Part shown: positions 28,062 to 37,610 of the stretch, piece by piece
How positions within the stretch are numbered: the first letter of the stretch is position 1
Layout: every line of letters starts with the position of its first letter
Source: Clostridia bacterium
GTDB lineage: Bacteria; Bacillota; Clostridia; Christensenellales; CAG-138
Direction: 5' to 3'
Length of the DNA: 64,000 nucleotides
NCBI GenBank assembly: GCA_017407205.1
Contig: JAFQXA010000019.1
Span: 41,210 to 105,209 of the forward strand
Notes under the pieces: generated by a model
The model's input: only the letters and a program-made list of their open reading frames with translations
Told to the model about the DNA's origin: nothing
Databases searched by the model: none
Made by a program: the position numbers and the translations under genes

Positions 28062-29372
28062 ATGAGTAAAGAGAATAACACAATGGTTCAAACAAACAGA
28101 CCGATAGCCATAAAAGCAACAAGTGTAAAGAAAAGATACAGGCTTGGCCAGATAGGCGGCGGTACGCTTACGGGTGATTTGCAAAGCTGGTGGGCAAGAG
28201 TAAGGGGCAAGGAAGACCCGAATACCAAAATCGGCACTGACCAGCGCCTTGTCGGTCAAACGTTCATGGCGTTAAACGGTATAGATTTGACTGTCTATCA
28301 AGGCGAAGCACTTGGTATTATTGGTGGAAACGGTGCAGGTAAAAGTACATTTTTGAAGCTCTTGAGCCGTGTTACAGCTCCCACCGAGGGCGAAATTGAT
28401 ATAAACGGACGCATAACGTCCATGCTTGAAGTAGGTACAGGCTTCCATGGCGAAATGACCGGTAGGGAAAATGTATACTTGAACGGTGCCATACTCGGTA
28501 TGACAAAGGCGGAAATAGATGCCAAGATGGAGGAAATAATAGAATTCAGCGAAGTTCGTGAATTTATTGATACCCCCGTCAAGAGATATTCAAGCGGTAT
28601 GTATGTAAAGCTCGCTTTCTCTGTTGCTGCACATCTTGATTCTGAAATAATGATAATGGATGAGGTCTTGGCAGTTGGCGATATGGCTTTCCAGAGAAAG
28701 TGCCTTGAAAGAATGCGTCGTGCCGCAAAGGACGAGGGCAGAACAGTTTTATATGTCAGCCATAACATGAATACGATCCGTCAGCTTTGCGACAGATGTA
28801 TAGTTCTTGACAAAGGCAAGATAATATTCTCGGGTGGTGTTGAAGAAGCTATTGAACTTTATATGGGAAAGGCGATAGATTGCCCGAAGCGTGTGGACCT
28901 TGCAAAGGCAGCTCGTCCGCACCATAAGTGTAAGGATGGAATAAAGCTTACGGCAGCAGAAATAGTAAATGCTGATGAATGGCGGATAAAGGTCGGTGAT
29001 AAGCTTCGCTATAACATAACGGTTAAAGCAACCAAGGATATGGAAAATGTGTGCTTCAAAACAAGAGTAATGACAGCCGATGAAAATTCAGTTTCATTGT
29101 TCTTGGCACCCAACCTTATCACTTGTAAGGCAGGCGAGGAGATTGAAATACCCTTGGAAGCAGATACATCGCAGCTTGTCCCCGGTAAATATTTGTTAAC
29201 ACCTGCTTTATATGACATAAATGAATTCGGTGAAATGATGTTCTTTGACCATGTCCATGCAAGTATAGGTCTTGAAGTAGAAACAAAGCTCGGTTTCTGC
29301 TCAAACATGAAATGGGATCAGCGCTGGTGGGGCAATATCAAATTACCCGATATAGTGGACTTGAGAAAATAG
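28062..29372 (+). CDS. tagH: polysaccharide/teichoic-acid export ATP-binding protein (TagH/Wzt-like) with C-terminal extra domain
   Basis: Walker A GGNGAGKST, signature YSSGMYVKLAF, IMIMDEVLAVGD, plus a roughly 190-aa C-terminal beta-rich domain. ATG at 28062 follows GAGGAGG. Confidence 0.8.
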   Translation: MSKENNTMVQTNRPIAIKATSVKKRYRLGQIGGGTLTGDLQSWWARVRGKEDPNTKIGTDQRLVGQTFMALNGIDLTVYQGEALGIIGGNGAGKSTFLKLLSRVTAPTEGEIDINGRITSMLEVGTGFHGEMTGRENVYLNGAILGMTKAEIDAKMEEIIEFSEVREFIDTPVKRYSSGMYVKLAFSVAAHLDSEIMIMDEVLAVGDMAFQRKCLERMRRAAKDEGRTVLYVSHNMNTIRQLCDRCIVLDKGKIIFSGGVEEAIELYMGKAIDCPKRVDLAKAARPHHKCKDGIKLTAAEIVNADEWRIKVGDKLRYNITVKATKDMENVCFKTRVMTADENSVSLFLAPNLITCKAGEEIEIPLEADTSQLVPGKYLLTPALYDINEFGEMMFFDHVHASIGLEVETKLGFCSNMKWDQRWWGNIKLPDIVDLRK

Positions 29373-29384
29373 AAAAACAGAATT

Positions 29385-29416
29385 GGGACGGAAATGGCTT
29401 TCCGTCTCTTTTTTTG
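29385..29416 (+). terminator. intrinsic terminator after tagH-like gene
   Basis: GGGACGGA .. TCCGTCTC hairpin followed by TTTTTTTG. Confidence 0.7.
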
Positions 29417-29512
29417 TTTTATATACCTGTTTGCCTTGACAAATTTCTTTGTTTTAGATAGACTTTACTATTAGAATAATATGTAAAGGAGTAGGCTTTT
29501 GCCGCTTTTTTT

Positions 29513-32143
29513 ATGAAGGATATGCCAAAAACTTATGACCACAGTGATGTGGAAAGCAGACTCTATGAAAAATGGGAAAGCTCAGGCTATTTCCATGCAG
29601 AACCCAACGAGAATAAACCACCCTATTGTATAGTTATACCCCCACCGAATATCACGGGTAAGCTTCATATGGGACACGCTTTGGACGAAACCTTGCAGGA
29701 CGTTCTTATTCGCTATAAGCGTATGAGCGGTTTTGAGACCTTGTGGCTTCCGGGTACTGACCATGCTTCGATTGCAACCGAGGTTAAAATCGTTGAGCAG
29801 ATGGCAAAGGAAGGTATCGACAAGCGTGACATCGGAAGAAAAGCATTCCTCGAGCGCGCTTGGGAATGGAAAAAAGAGTACGGCGGAACAATAGTTCAGC
29901 AGCTTAAGAAGCTCGGTTCATCAGCTGATTGGGAGCGTGAACGCTTCACAATGGACGAGGGCTGCAGCCGTGCCGTTACAAAGGTGTTCGTAGAGCTTTA
30001 TAACAAGGGCTTGATTTACAGGGGCGACAGAATTATAAATTGGTGTCCCGACTGCAAAACTGCACTTTCAGATGCAGAAGTTGAATATGAAGAGCAGGAC
30101 AGCTCACTCTGGCACGTAAGATATGATGCTCCCGATAAGAGCTATTCCATTATCTGCGCTACAACGCGTCCCGAGACAATCCCCGGTGACAGCGGTATTG
30201 CTGTTAACCCCGAAGATCCGAGATATAAGGATATCATCGGTAAGACGGTTGTTGTTCCCGTAATCGGTCGTGAGATTCCCATCGTTGCCGATGAATATGT
30301 AGAAATTGACTTTGGTACGGGTGCTGTTAAAATCACCCCTGCACATGACCCGAATGACTTTGAGGTCGGCGTAAGATGCGGTCTTGAGTCAATCAAGATA
30401 TTTACGGATGACGGCAAGCTCAATGAGTATGCAGGAAAGTATGAAGGTATGGACAGATTTGAGTTCAGAAAGGTATTCGTTGAAGAACTCAAGAACGCAG
30501 GCGCACTCGTAAAGACAGAGCCCTATAAGCACAATGTCGGTACTTGCTATCGCTGTCACGCAACTGTTGAGCCCATTGTTTCAAAGCAATGGTTCGTTGA
30601 CATGAAGCCCCTTGCAAAGCCGGCTATCGAGGCTGTAAGAAGCGGTGATATCAAGTTCGTTCCCGAACGTTTTGATAAGACGTATTATAACTGGATGGAA
30701 AAAATCAAGGATTGGTGCATTTCCCGTCAGCTCTGGTGGGGACATCAGATTCCTGCATATTACTGCGATGCTTGTGGTGAGATGACCGTATGCGAAGAAG
30801 TTATAGACACCTGCCCGTTGTGCGGTGCGCCCGTACGCCGTGATGAGGATGTTCTTGATACATGGTTCAGCTCAGGTATGTGGCCGTTCTCAACCTTGGG
30901 TTGGCCCGATAATACTGAAGAGCTTAAGTATTTCTATCCCACATCAACGCTCGTAACAGGCTATGACATTATCTTCTTCTGGATTGCAAGAATGATAGTA
31001 TTCGGCATGGAAGTAATGAAAGAAAAGCCGTTCAGCACAGTTTATGTCCACGGTATCGTCCGCGATGAGCTCGGCAGAAAGATGAGCAAGTCCTTGGGCA
31101 ACGGCATCGATCCTTTGGAAATCATTAAGGACTACGGTGCAGACTCATTGAGATTCAGCCTGATAACAGGTAACTCCGCAGGTAACGACATGCGCTTCCA
31201 TATCAAGAAGGTTGAAGCTGCACGTAACTTCTGCAACAAGGTCTATAACGCATCACGCTTTGTAATGATGAACCTCGGTGATGAAGAAGTTGGCGGGATT
31301 GACACTTCGATGCTTGACACGGCGGATAAGTGGATTCTCTCACGCCTCAACACGATAGTAAAAGAGGTTACATATAACCTTGATTCTTATGATTTGAATC
31401 TTGCCGCACAGAAGATTTATGACTTCATCTGGACAGAGTTCTGTGATTGGTATATCGAGATGGCAAAGCCCCGTCTCTATGGTGAGGACGAAGCACAGAA
31501 GAAGAACGTCCGTGCGGTATTGGTTCGCGTACTTGGCGATTCAATGAAGCTCTTGCATCCGTTCATGCCGTTCATAACGGAAGAACTTTACCTGAGCCTC
31601 AAGAGCAACTGCGAAACTATAATGCGTGAGGATTGGTGCAAGGAAACAAGCGAGTTTGACTTTGCTCAGGACGAGGAAAATATGGAAGGCATCATGGAGA
31701 TAATCCGCAGCGTCCGTAACGTGCGCGCAGAAATGAATGTTCCCCCGTCAAAGCGTGTAGCAATAACACTCGTTTCAACAGAAGAAAATAAGGCAATCTG
31801 CGAAGCTTGCACACCTTACATCATTCGCCTTGCAGGTGCTGAAACCGTTTCTGTTCAGCTTGATAAGAACGGTATTTCAGACAATGCAGTCGGTATTGTA
31901 TGCAGAATAGCAGAAGCTTATATTCCCCTTGAAGAACTCGTTGACCTTGAAAAGGAAAGAGAAAGAGTAACCAAGGAAATTACACGCATAAACGGTGAAA
32001 TTGCACGCGCACAGGGCAAGCTCAATAATCAAGGCTTTGTAGCAAAGGCTCCGGCACACGTCATCGAGGAAGAAAAAGTAAAGCTTGAAAACGCAAAAGC
32101 AATGCTTGAAAAGCTCGAAACACGCCTCAAAGATTTAGGCTGA
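29513..32143 (+). CDS. valS: valyl-tRNA synthetase
   Basis: PPPNITGKLHMGHAL (HIGH), KMSKSLGN, DVLDTWFSS, and a C-terminal coiled-coil arm. Confidence 0.95.
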   Translation: MKDMPKTYDHSDVESRLYEKWESSGYFHAEPNENKPPYCIVIPPPNITGKLHMGHALDETLQDVLIRYKRMSGFETLWLPGTDHASIATEVKIVEQMAKEGIDKRDIGRKAFLERAWEWKKEYGGTIVQQLKKLGSSADWERERFTMDEGCSRAVTKVFVELYNKGLIYRGDRIINWCPDCKTALSDAEVEYEEQDSSLWHVRYDAPDKSYSIICATTRPETIPGDSGIAVNPEDPRYKDIIGKTVVVPVIGREIPIVADEYVEIDFGTGAVKITPAHDPNDFEVGVRCGLESIKIFTDDGKLNEYAGKYEGMDRFEFRKVFVEELKNAGALVKTEPYKHNVGTCYRCHATVEPIVSKQWFVDMKPLAKPAIEAVRSGDIKFVPERFDKTYYNWMEKIKDWCISRQLWWGHQIPAYYCDACGEMTVCEEVIDTCPLCGAPVRRDEDVLDTWFSSGMWPFSTLGWPDNTEELKYFYPTSTLVTGYDIIFFWIARMIVFGMEVMKEKPFSTVYVHGIVRDELGRKMSKSLGNGIDPLEIIKDYGADSLRFSLITGNSAGNDMRFHIKKVEAARNFCNKVYNASRFVMMNLGDEEVGGIDTSMLDTADKWILSRLNTIVKEVTYNLDSYDLNLAAQKIYDFIWTEFCDWYIEMAKPRLYGEDEAQKKNVRAVLVRVLGDSMKLLHPFMPFITEELYLSLKSNCETIMREDWCKETSEFDFAQDEENMEGIMEIIRSVRNVRAEMNVPPSKRVAITLVSTEENKAICEACTPYIIRLAGAETVSVQLDKNGISDNAVGIVCRIAEAYIPLEELVDLEKERERVTKEITRINGEIARAQGKLNNQGFVAKAPAHVIEEEKVKLENAKAMLEKLETRLKDLG

Positions 32144-32168
32144 AATTCATCTCAAACATAAACAAATC

Positions 32169-32203
32169 AAAACTCAGTCACGATAATGTGACTGAGTTTT
32201 TTG
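32169..32203 (+). terminator. intrinsic terminator after valS
   Basis: AAACTCAGTCAC .. GTGACTGAGTTT hairpin followed by a T-run. Confidence 0.85.
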
Positions 32204-32264
32204 TGCTGCAATTACAGTACATGAACACATAAAAGCATGGCGGAATATTTTAATTAAAAAGGGA

Positions 32265-32756
32265 GTGAAAAAGGTGCGTCAAAGAATCTATGACAGAGAG
32301 GCTGCTAAAGAGTATGCGCAAAAGTGGGCGCTCGCAAGAAATCCTGCCTATTTCGATTTTGAAAACATAGGCGGTGACTGCACAAGTTTTGCTTCGCAAT
32401 GTATATATGCAGGAGCGAAAGTTATGAATTATACGCCCGTAGTCGGGTGGTTTTACAGAACTGCTTCCGATAGGACAGCTTCTTGGACGGGTGTTGAATA
32501 TCTTTACAATTTTCTTACTTCAAACAATTCTGTGGGGCCGTATGCGAGAGTGGCAACAAGGCGTGTGGCAGAGGTGGGGGATATAATCCAGCTCGGAAAT
32601 TACAACGACGAATTTTATCATAGCCTCGTTATAACCTCTATTTTTCCTACAATAAAGGTTTGTGCACACACCACAGACTCAAAAAACAGACCGCTTTACA
32701 CATACAACTACGAAACCGCCCGTATTTTGCACATTGAGGGTGTGAGGGATTGGTGA
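32265..32756 (+). CDS. putative amidase-domain protein (NlpC/P60-like fold, Amidase_6-type)
   Basis: YDREAAKEYAQKWALARNPAYFDF..GGDCTSFASQCIYAG..GDIIQL..HSLVIT resembles the family annotated as 'putative amidase domain'. Confidence 0.5.
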   Translation: MKKVRQRIYDREAAKEYAQKWALARNPAYFDFENIGGDCTSFASQCIYAGAKVMNYTPVVGWFYRTASDRTASWTGVEYLYNFLTSNNSVGPYARVATRRVAEVGDIIQLGNYNDEFYHSLVITSIFPTIKVCAHTTDSKNRPLYTYNYETARILHIEGVRDW

Positions 32757-32779
32757 GGAAATGTAACTGTTCAATACCA

Positions 32780-32809
32780 AAAAATCAGGCAATGCTTTGC
32801 CTGATTTTT
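32780..32809 (+). terminator. intrinsic terminator
   Basis: AAAATCAGGC .. GCCTGATTTT hairpin followed by a T-run. Confidence 0.8.
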
Positions 32810-32835
32810 GTTATGCACCCTTGTTTGTTTTTGGT

Positions 32836-32881
32836 GACTTTTTTAAAAAAAGTCAACGGGGTGTAAGGGGCAGCGCCCCTT
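32836..32881 (-). repeat. bipartite hairpin element, copy A (GC hairpin + ACACCCC + AT-rich palindrome)
   Basis: GACTTTTTTAAAAAAAGTC is followed by CGGGGTGTAAGGGGCAGCGCCCCTT. It ends 7 nt from the yhbY stop codon. A related copy lies at 36002-36048. Confidence 0.55.
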
Positions 32882-32887
32882 AAATAA

Positions 32888-33175
32888 TCATATCTCGATT
32901 TTGGGGTTTTCGATATTGCGACGGTAGAGGACGAATTTTCTGCCAATGCACTGTACGGGCTCTGCACAGACGGCACTTGAAAGCTCGTCCGATGCTTCGC
33001 GAGCAGTAAGGTCGCAGGTTTCAAGGATTGAAACTTTGATAAGCTCCCTCGTTCTTAAAGCGTTATCGATTTCAATTATCGTGTTTTCTGTTATTCCGCC
33101 TTTCCCGATTTGGAAAATCGGGGTGAGTGTATTTGCCATTGAACGCAATGCTGCACGCTGTTTACTTGTAAGCAT
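32888..33175 (-). CDS. yhbY: RNA-binding protein YhbY (CRM domain)
   Basis: LTSKQRAALRSMANTLTPIFQIGKGGITENTI..LRTRELIKV is canonical YhbY. Confidence 0.85.
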   Translation of the reverse strand: MLTSKQRAALRSMANTLTPIFQIGKGGITENTIIEIDNALRTRELIKVSILETCDLTAREASDELSSAVCAEPVQCIGRKFVLYRRNIENPKIEI

Positions 33176-33195
33176 AAATCTATATCCTTTCGCTG

Positions 33196-34458
33196 TTATT
33201 CTATAAAGTCAAATTCCCAGTCGCCCATACGGACAGTGCTTTCCTCGTTTGCACCCTTTTCACGCAGGGCATCTATTATGCCCTCCTTGATGAGGAACTG
33301 CTGGAACCTTCTCATTGACTCGTCATCCTCTGCATATGTCGTATCGAGAAGATATTCTATTGAACCGCCTGTTAATACGAATACTCCTTCCTCGTCAATC
33401 TCGATTTCAAAGCCCGGCACATACTTGTGCGACTCAATCATGTCTTCCTCATCAAATTCAAAGGTCTTGGGAAGCGTTGAGAGCGTTTTTATTACTTCGT
33501 CGAGCAATTTATCAAAACCGCTGACTGTTGCTGCAGAGACGGGGAATACGGGCACTTTGGCATGCTCCTGCAAACGCTTCAGGTTTTCATCGTCGAACAT
33601 AATGTCGGTTTTGTTTGCGGCGATTATCTGTGGAATGTGCGCAAGGCGTTCACTGTACTTTTCAAGCTCTTTATTTATACGGTCAAGGTCTTCGACAGGG
33701 TCGCGACCTTCGCAGCCTGAAACGTCAATTACATGAATGAGCATACGCGTGCGCTCAACGTGACGAAGAAAATCGTGCCCTAAGCCTGCACCGTCTGCCG
33801 CACCCTCGATAAGACCGGGAATATCCGCAAGCACGAATGTGGAGTCGTAACGCTTTACAACACCGAGGTTCGGTGTGAGGGTTGTGAAGTGATAGTTTGC
33901 AATCTTGGGCTTTGCACTTGTGAGTACGGAAAGAATTGTTGACTTCCCTACATTGGGCAAGCCTAAAAGACCGACATCGGCAATGGTCTTAAGCTCAAGC
34001 TCAACTTCATGCTCAAAAGTCTTTTGCCCTGGCTGGGAGAACTTGGGTGCCTGGCGTGTGGGTGTTGCAAATCTTGCGTTGCCCTTACCGCCCTTGCCGC
34101 CGTGAAGAACTACCTTTTGCTTGCCCTGATGAGTCATGTCGGCAACTATGCGCGAAGTTTCGATATCGCGAACAAGCGTACCAACGGGCACTTTTATTAT
34201 CATGTCCTTACCGTCTTTACCGCGTGACATTTTTGCCCTGCCGTTTTCACCGCGCTCAGCACGGTAGTGGCGCATGAAGCGAAAATCCAAAAGCGTGTTC
34301 ATATCCTTGTCAGCAACAAAGACTACGTTGCCGCCTTTGCCGCCGTCGCCACCGTCGGGACCGCCGCGCATAACATACTTTTCACGGTGAAAAGAAGCGG
34401 CACCGTCGCCACCGTCACCTGCTTTTATAAATATTTTTACCTTGTCTACGAATTGCAT
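33196..34458 (-). CDS. obg: GTPase Obg/CgtA
   Basis: MQFVDKVKIFIKAGDGGDGAASFHREKY Obg fold, G1 GLPNVGKST, DIPGLIEGA, NKTD, and a C-terminal OCT domain. Confidence 0.95.
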   Translation of the reverse strand: MQFVDKVKIFIKAGDGGDGAASFHREKYVMRGGPDGGDGGKGGNVVFVADKDMNTLLDFRFMRHYRAERGENGRAKMSRGKDGKDMIIKVPVGTLVRDIETSRIVADMTHQGKQKVVLHGGKGGKGNARFATPTRQAPKFSQPGQKTFEHEVELELKTIADVGLLGLPNVGKSTILSVLTSAKPKIANYHFTTLTPNLGVVKRYDSTFVLADIPGLIEGAADGAGLGHDFLRHVERTRMLIHVIDVSGCEGRDPVEDLDRINKELEKYSERLAHIPQIIAANKTDIMFDDENLKRLQEHAKVPVFPVSAATVSGFDKLLDEVIKTLSTLPKTFEFDEEDMIESHKYVPGFEIEIDEEGVFVLTGGSIEYLLDTTYAEDDESMRRFQQFLIKEGIIDALREKGANEESTVRMGDWEFDFIE

Positions 34459-35105
34459 TTTTTCTGTTTGTTGTACTCCTTACAAAATTCGGCTACACAA
34501 CAGGCGGTGCATTTGGGATTCCTTGCACTGCAAGTGCGTCTGCCGTGAAAAATAATCAAGTGGTGAGCAAGAGACCACATATCTTCGTCAATGTTTTGCA
34601 TAAGCTGCTTTTCCGTGTTTAAAACATCTTTCGAGTTTGCAAGCCCAAGCCTGTTTGCTACCCTGAAAACATGGGTGTCAACAGCAATCGCAGGCACTGA
34701 GAACGCATTTGACAAAACAACATTCGCGGTCTTGCGTCCCACACCGGGAAGTGCCGTGAGCTCTTCTCGCGTTGAGGGAACATTGCCACCGTGTGACTTT
34801 AATATTATACGGCTTGTATTTAATATGTTGCGACATTTCGTTTTATATAATCCGCACCCTTTAATATAAGGGGAAAGCTCGTCCTCCGTCAAGTCGGCAA
34901 ATTGCTGCGGAGTATTATATTTTTTGAAAAGTACAGCCGTACACTTGTTTACCTGCTTATCGGTGCATTGGGCTGAAAGCATGGTTGCCACCAAAAGCTC
35001 AAAAGGCGTGGTGAAATCAAGCTCGCACCGTGAATCGGGATATTCGTTTTTTAATCTCAAGAGTATTTCAAAGAAACGCTCTTTGTCTTTTTTTGTAACT
35101 CTCAT
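34446..35105 (-). CDS. nth: endonuclease III
   Basis: HhH-GPD LPGVGRKTANVV, catalytic Lys/Asp region, and a C-terminal 4Fe-4S CSARNPKCTACCVAEFC cluster loop. Confidence 0.9.
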   Translation of the reverse strand: MRVTKKDKERFFEILLRLKNEYPDSRCELDFTTPFELLVATMLSAQCTDKQVNKCTAVLFKKYNTPQQFADLTEDELSPYIKGCGLYKTKCRNILNTSRIILKSHGGNVPSTREELTALPGVGRKTANVVLSNAFSVPAIAVDTHVFRVANRLGLANSKDVLNTEKQLMQNIDEDMWSLAHHLIIFHGRRTCSARNPKCTACCVAEFCKEYNKQKKCNS

Positions 35106-35141
35106 GGCTTTAGTTTAGTTGATGCGGACAAAAAATGCAAA

Positions 35142-35543
35142 CTACTTTTTATTCATCATGCTCATAAGTCGTGCAAGCATGGCAGGATCGGGAGCGTTTG
35201 AAGCCCCTTTTGAAGAATTATTCATGTTTGACAGCATATTAAAAAGAGGAAGCGGATTAAATGAAGTCTGATTGTTTTTCATGCTGTCCTGTATGGGGGC
35301 TTGGGGTGCTTTTTTCTGAATACTCGGAAGCGACAACCTCGACGTAATGTGCATTCTTTCAGCAGGTGCTATAAAGGCTTCTATTGCAAGCAAAAACTCG
35401 GATGCCTTTTGTGCACCCTGTTCGTTTTTTATGCGTTTTGCAAGTAAAAAAGCCGGCGACTCGCTTGGCTGTTGCGGATTTGTGTTTTGAGTGTTTATGT
35501 TGACTTTATTGGGCGGTATCGGGGAACGAACCATTCTTTGCAC
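35142..35543 (-). CDS. hypothetical protein
   Basis: 133-aa ORF with RBS-like GGAGG upstream. It is low in complexity (Asn/Met/Pro-rich) and has no recognised motif. Confidence 0.4.
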   Translation of the reverse strand: MQRMVRSPIPPNKVNINTQNTNPQQPSESPAFLLAKRIKNEQGAQKASEFLLAIEAFIAPAERMHITSRLSLPSIQKKAPQAPIQDSMKNNQTSFNPLPLFNMLSNMNNSSKGASNAPDPAMLARLMSMMNKK

Positions 35544-35644
35544 AGCGTTTACCTCCGTTTTATTGAAGTACTATATAGTATGCAAAAAAAGTTTTTTGTG
35601 AACCTTTGAAAAAAGAGGGCATAAAATATGGGGAGGTGATTTTT

Positions 35645-35884
35645 ATGAAGCGTGACTTAAAAACATTTATGCGTGGCGAAACAGTTAACTCGGACGCACA
35701 GGAAACGATGGAAAAATACGGCTCAAAAAATGATGATGAGCTTATGAGTGAGCTTAATGCATTGAAAGAAAGCGGAGTTGTCAACAATCAGGAACTCTTG
35801 AAGATGGCAAAAACGATAGGGCCCATGCTCAACGAGAGCCAAAGAAAGAAACTTGATGATTTGATAGTAAAACTCATGGACTAA
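35645..35884 (+). CDS. hypothetical small protein
   Basis: ATG at 35645 follows GGGGAGGTG; the track ORF starts at a TTG at 35606. It is followed by two hairpin terminators. Confidence 0.45.
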   Translation: MKRDLKTFMRGETVNSDAQETMEKYGSKNDDELMSELNALKESGVVNNQELLKMAKTIGPMLNESQRKKLDDLIVKLMD

Positions 35885-35945
35885 AAGCCCTGAAGGGCTT
35901 AGGATAATAAGTTAGAAGTAATAATGAAATAGTGAATAAGTCAGG

Positions 35946-35985
35946 AAAAAACCTCCGTCACAAAAGCCGTGACGGAGGTTTTATA
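35946..35985. terminator. bidirectional-looking intrinsic terminator
   Basis: AAAACCTCCGTCAC .. GTGACGGAGGTTTT hairpin flanked by A-run and T-run. Confidence 0.75.
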
Positions 35986-36001
35986 TAGTTTACTTGTTTT
36001 T

Positions 36002-36048
36002 GATTACTTTTTACAAAAAGTAATCGGGGGTGTGGGGGCGGAGCCCCT
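36002..36048 (-). repeat. bipartite hairpin element, copy B
   Basis: GATTACTTTTTACAAAAAGTAATC is followed by GGGGGTGTGGGGGCGGAGCCCCT. It ends 6 nt from the iscU stop codon, in the same order and orientation as copy A. Confidence 0.55.
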
Positions 36049-36054
36049 GCACAA

Positions 36055-36432
36055 TTACTCGCCCTTTTTCTTGCGGTAATCGTCGATTGCGCTCTTTACG
36101 GCTTCCTCAGCCAAAACAGAGCAATGTATTTTCACGGGGGGGAGACCTTCAAGTGCTTCTACAACAGCCTGGTTTGTGAGCGAAAGTGCTTCGTCGATGC
36201 TCTTGCCCTTTATCATCTCGGTTGCCATTGAGGATGTTGCAATGGCTGCACCGCAGCCGAATGTCTTAAAGCCGACTTCTTCGATTATTTCATCGTCGTT
36301 GACTTTGATGAACATCTGCATGATGTCACCGCACTTTGCATTGCCAACCATGCCAACACCGTTTGCACCCTCTACTTCGCCCATGTTGCGGGGATTTGAA
36401 AAATGATCCAAAACTTTATCTGTATACATCAT
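36055..36432 (-). CDS. iscU: Fe-S cluster assembly scaffold (IscU/NifU N-terminal type)
   Basis: YTDKVLDHFSNPRNMGE..NAKCGDIMQMFIKV..FKTFGCGAAIATSS..IHCSVLA carries the three conserved Cys. Confidence 0.9.
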   Translation of the reverse strand: MMYTDKVLDHFSNPRNMGEVEGANGVGMVGNAKCGDIMQMFIKVNDDEIIEEVGFKTFGCGAAIATSSMATEMIKGKSIDEALSLTNQAVVEALEGLPPVKIHCSVLAEEAVKSAIDDYRKKKGE

Positions 36433-36449
36433 GTTGATTATTCTCCTTG

Positions 36450-37610
36450 TTATTTGTTATATAAGGGTGACATTGCACGAAGCGTCTTAACCGCTTTTTC
36501 CAAAACGTCAACCGTGTAATCGATTTCTTCCTGTGTCGTATTCTCTGAAAGCGTGAGCCTTACGCTTCCGTGAGCTACCTCGTGCGGAAGCCCCATTGCC
36601 AAAAGTACATGCGATGGGTCGAGCGAACCCGATGTGCAGGCACTTCCGCTTGAAGCTGCTACGCCATTAAGGTCAAGATGCAAAAGTATGCCTTCGCCCT
36701 CGATGTAACGGATACTGTAATTTACATTATTGGGCAAGCGGTCCGTTCTGTGACCGTTGAGCTTTACTCCGTCAATGCGGGCTTCGATTGAATTCATAAG
36801 CCTGTCACGAAGTGTGAGCATCTTTTGTGTGTTTTCTTCCATGTTCAAAACGGCTTCTTCAATAGCAGCACCCATACCGACTATTCCGGCTACGTTTTCA
36901 GTGCCTGCTCTGCGGTTTTTCTCCTGTGCACCGCCAACTATGAGGGAGGGGATTCTTATGCCCTTTCTTATGTAGAGAGCACCAACACCCTTGGGACCGT
37001 GGAATTTATGTGCAGACATTGAAAGCATATCAATGTTCATTGCCTTAACATCAACGGGAACATGACCGACAGCCTGAACAGCATCTGTGTGGAAGTAAAC
37101 ACCGCGGTTTTTGCAAACCTCGCCAATCTCAGTAATTGGCATTATTGTGCCGACTTCATTGTTTGCAAACATTACGGTAACAAGAATAGTCTTATCCGTG
37201 ATTGCTTCTTCTACTTGGTGAGCAGTTACCATTCCGAATTCGTCAACGGGAAGGTATGTAACCTCAAAGCCACGCTTTTCAAGCTCCTCGCAAGCATGAA
37301 GCACCGCATGATGTTCAACAGCGGTTGTTATTATGTGGTTACCCTTGTCACGAAGACGGGCTGCCGTGCCCATTATAACGGTGTTGTCGCTCTCCGTGCC
37401 GCCACCCGTGAAGAATATTTCTTCGGGCAAAGCACCGATTGCAGCAGCTACCTGTTCGCGTGCTTTTTCAACAGCACTCTTTGCAGTTCTGCCAAAAGCA
37501 TGAAAGCTTGAGGGATTACCGTGTATCTCGGTAAGGTAGGGCATCATGCTGTCAAGTGCCTTAGGAGATAAAGCCGTTGTTGCAGCATTATCAAGATAAA
37601 CTTTCATCAT
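36450..37610 (-). CDS. iscS: cysteine desulfurase (NifS/IscS)
   Basis: VYLDNAATT, PLP-Lys motif SAHKFHGPKG, and active-site loop SSGSACTSG. The start was trimmed from the track ORF (37649) to MMKVYLDN. Confidence 0.9.
   Translation of the reverse strand: MMKVYLDNAATTALSPKALDSMMPYLTEIHGNPSSFHAFGRTAKSAVEKAREQVAAAIGALPEEIFFTGGGTESDNTVIMGTAARLRDKGNHIITTAVEHHAVLHACEELEKRGFEVTYLPVDEFGMVTAHQVEEAITDKTILVTVMFANNEVGTIMPITEIGEVCKNRGVYFHTDAVQAVGHVPVDVKAMNIDMLSMSAHKFHGPKGVGALYIRKGIRIPSLIVGGAQEKNRRAGTENVAGIVGMGAAIEEAVLNMEENTQKMLTLRDRLMNSIEARIDGVKLNGHRTDRLPNNVNYSIRYIEGEGILLHLDLNGVAASSGSACTSGSLDPSHVLLAMGLPHEVAHGSVRLTLSENTTQEEIDYTVDVLEKAVKTLRAMSPLYNK

Noticed and set aside
29417-29512. T-box leaders upstream of valS (and of ileS at 2211-2291)
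   Set aside because: The untranslated regions are under 100 nt. They contain no specifier-loop or T-box (AATTAGGGTGGTACCGCG-like) sequence, only promoters and RBS.
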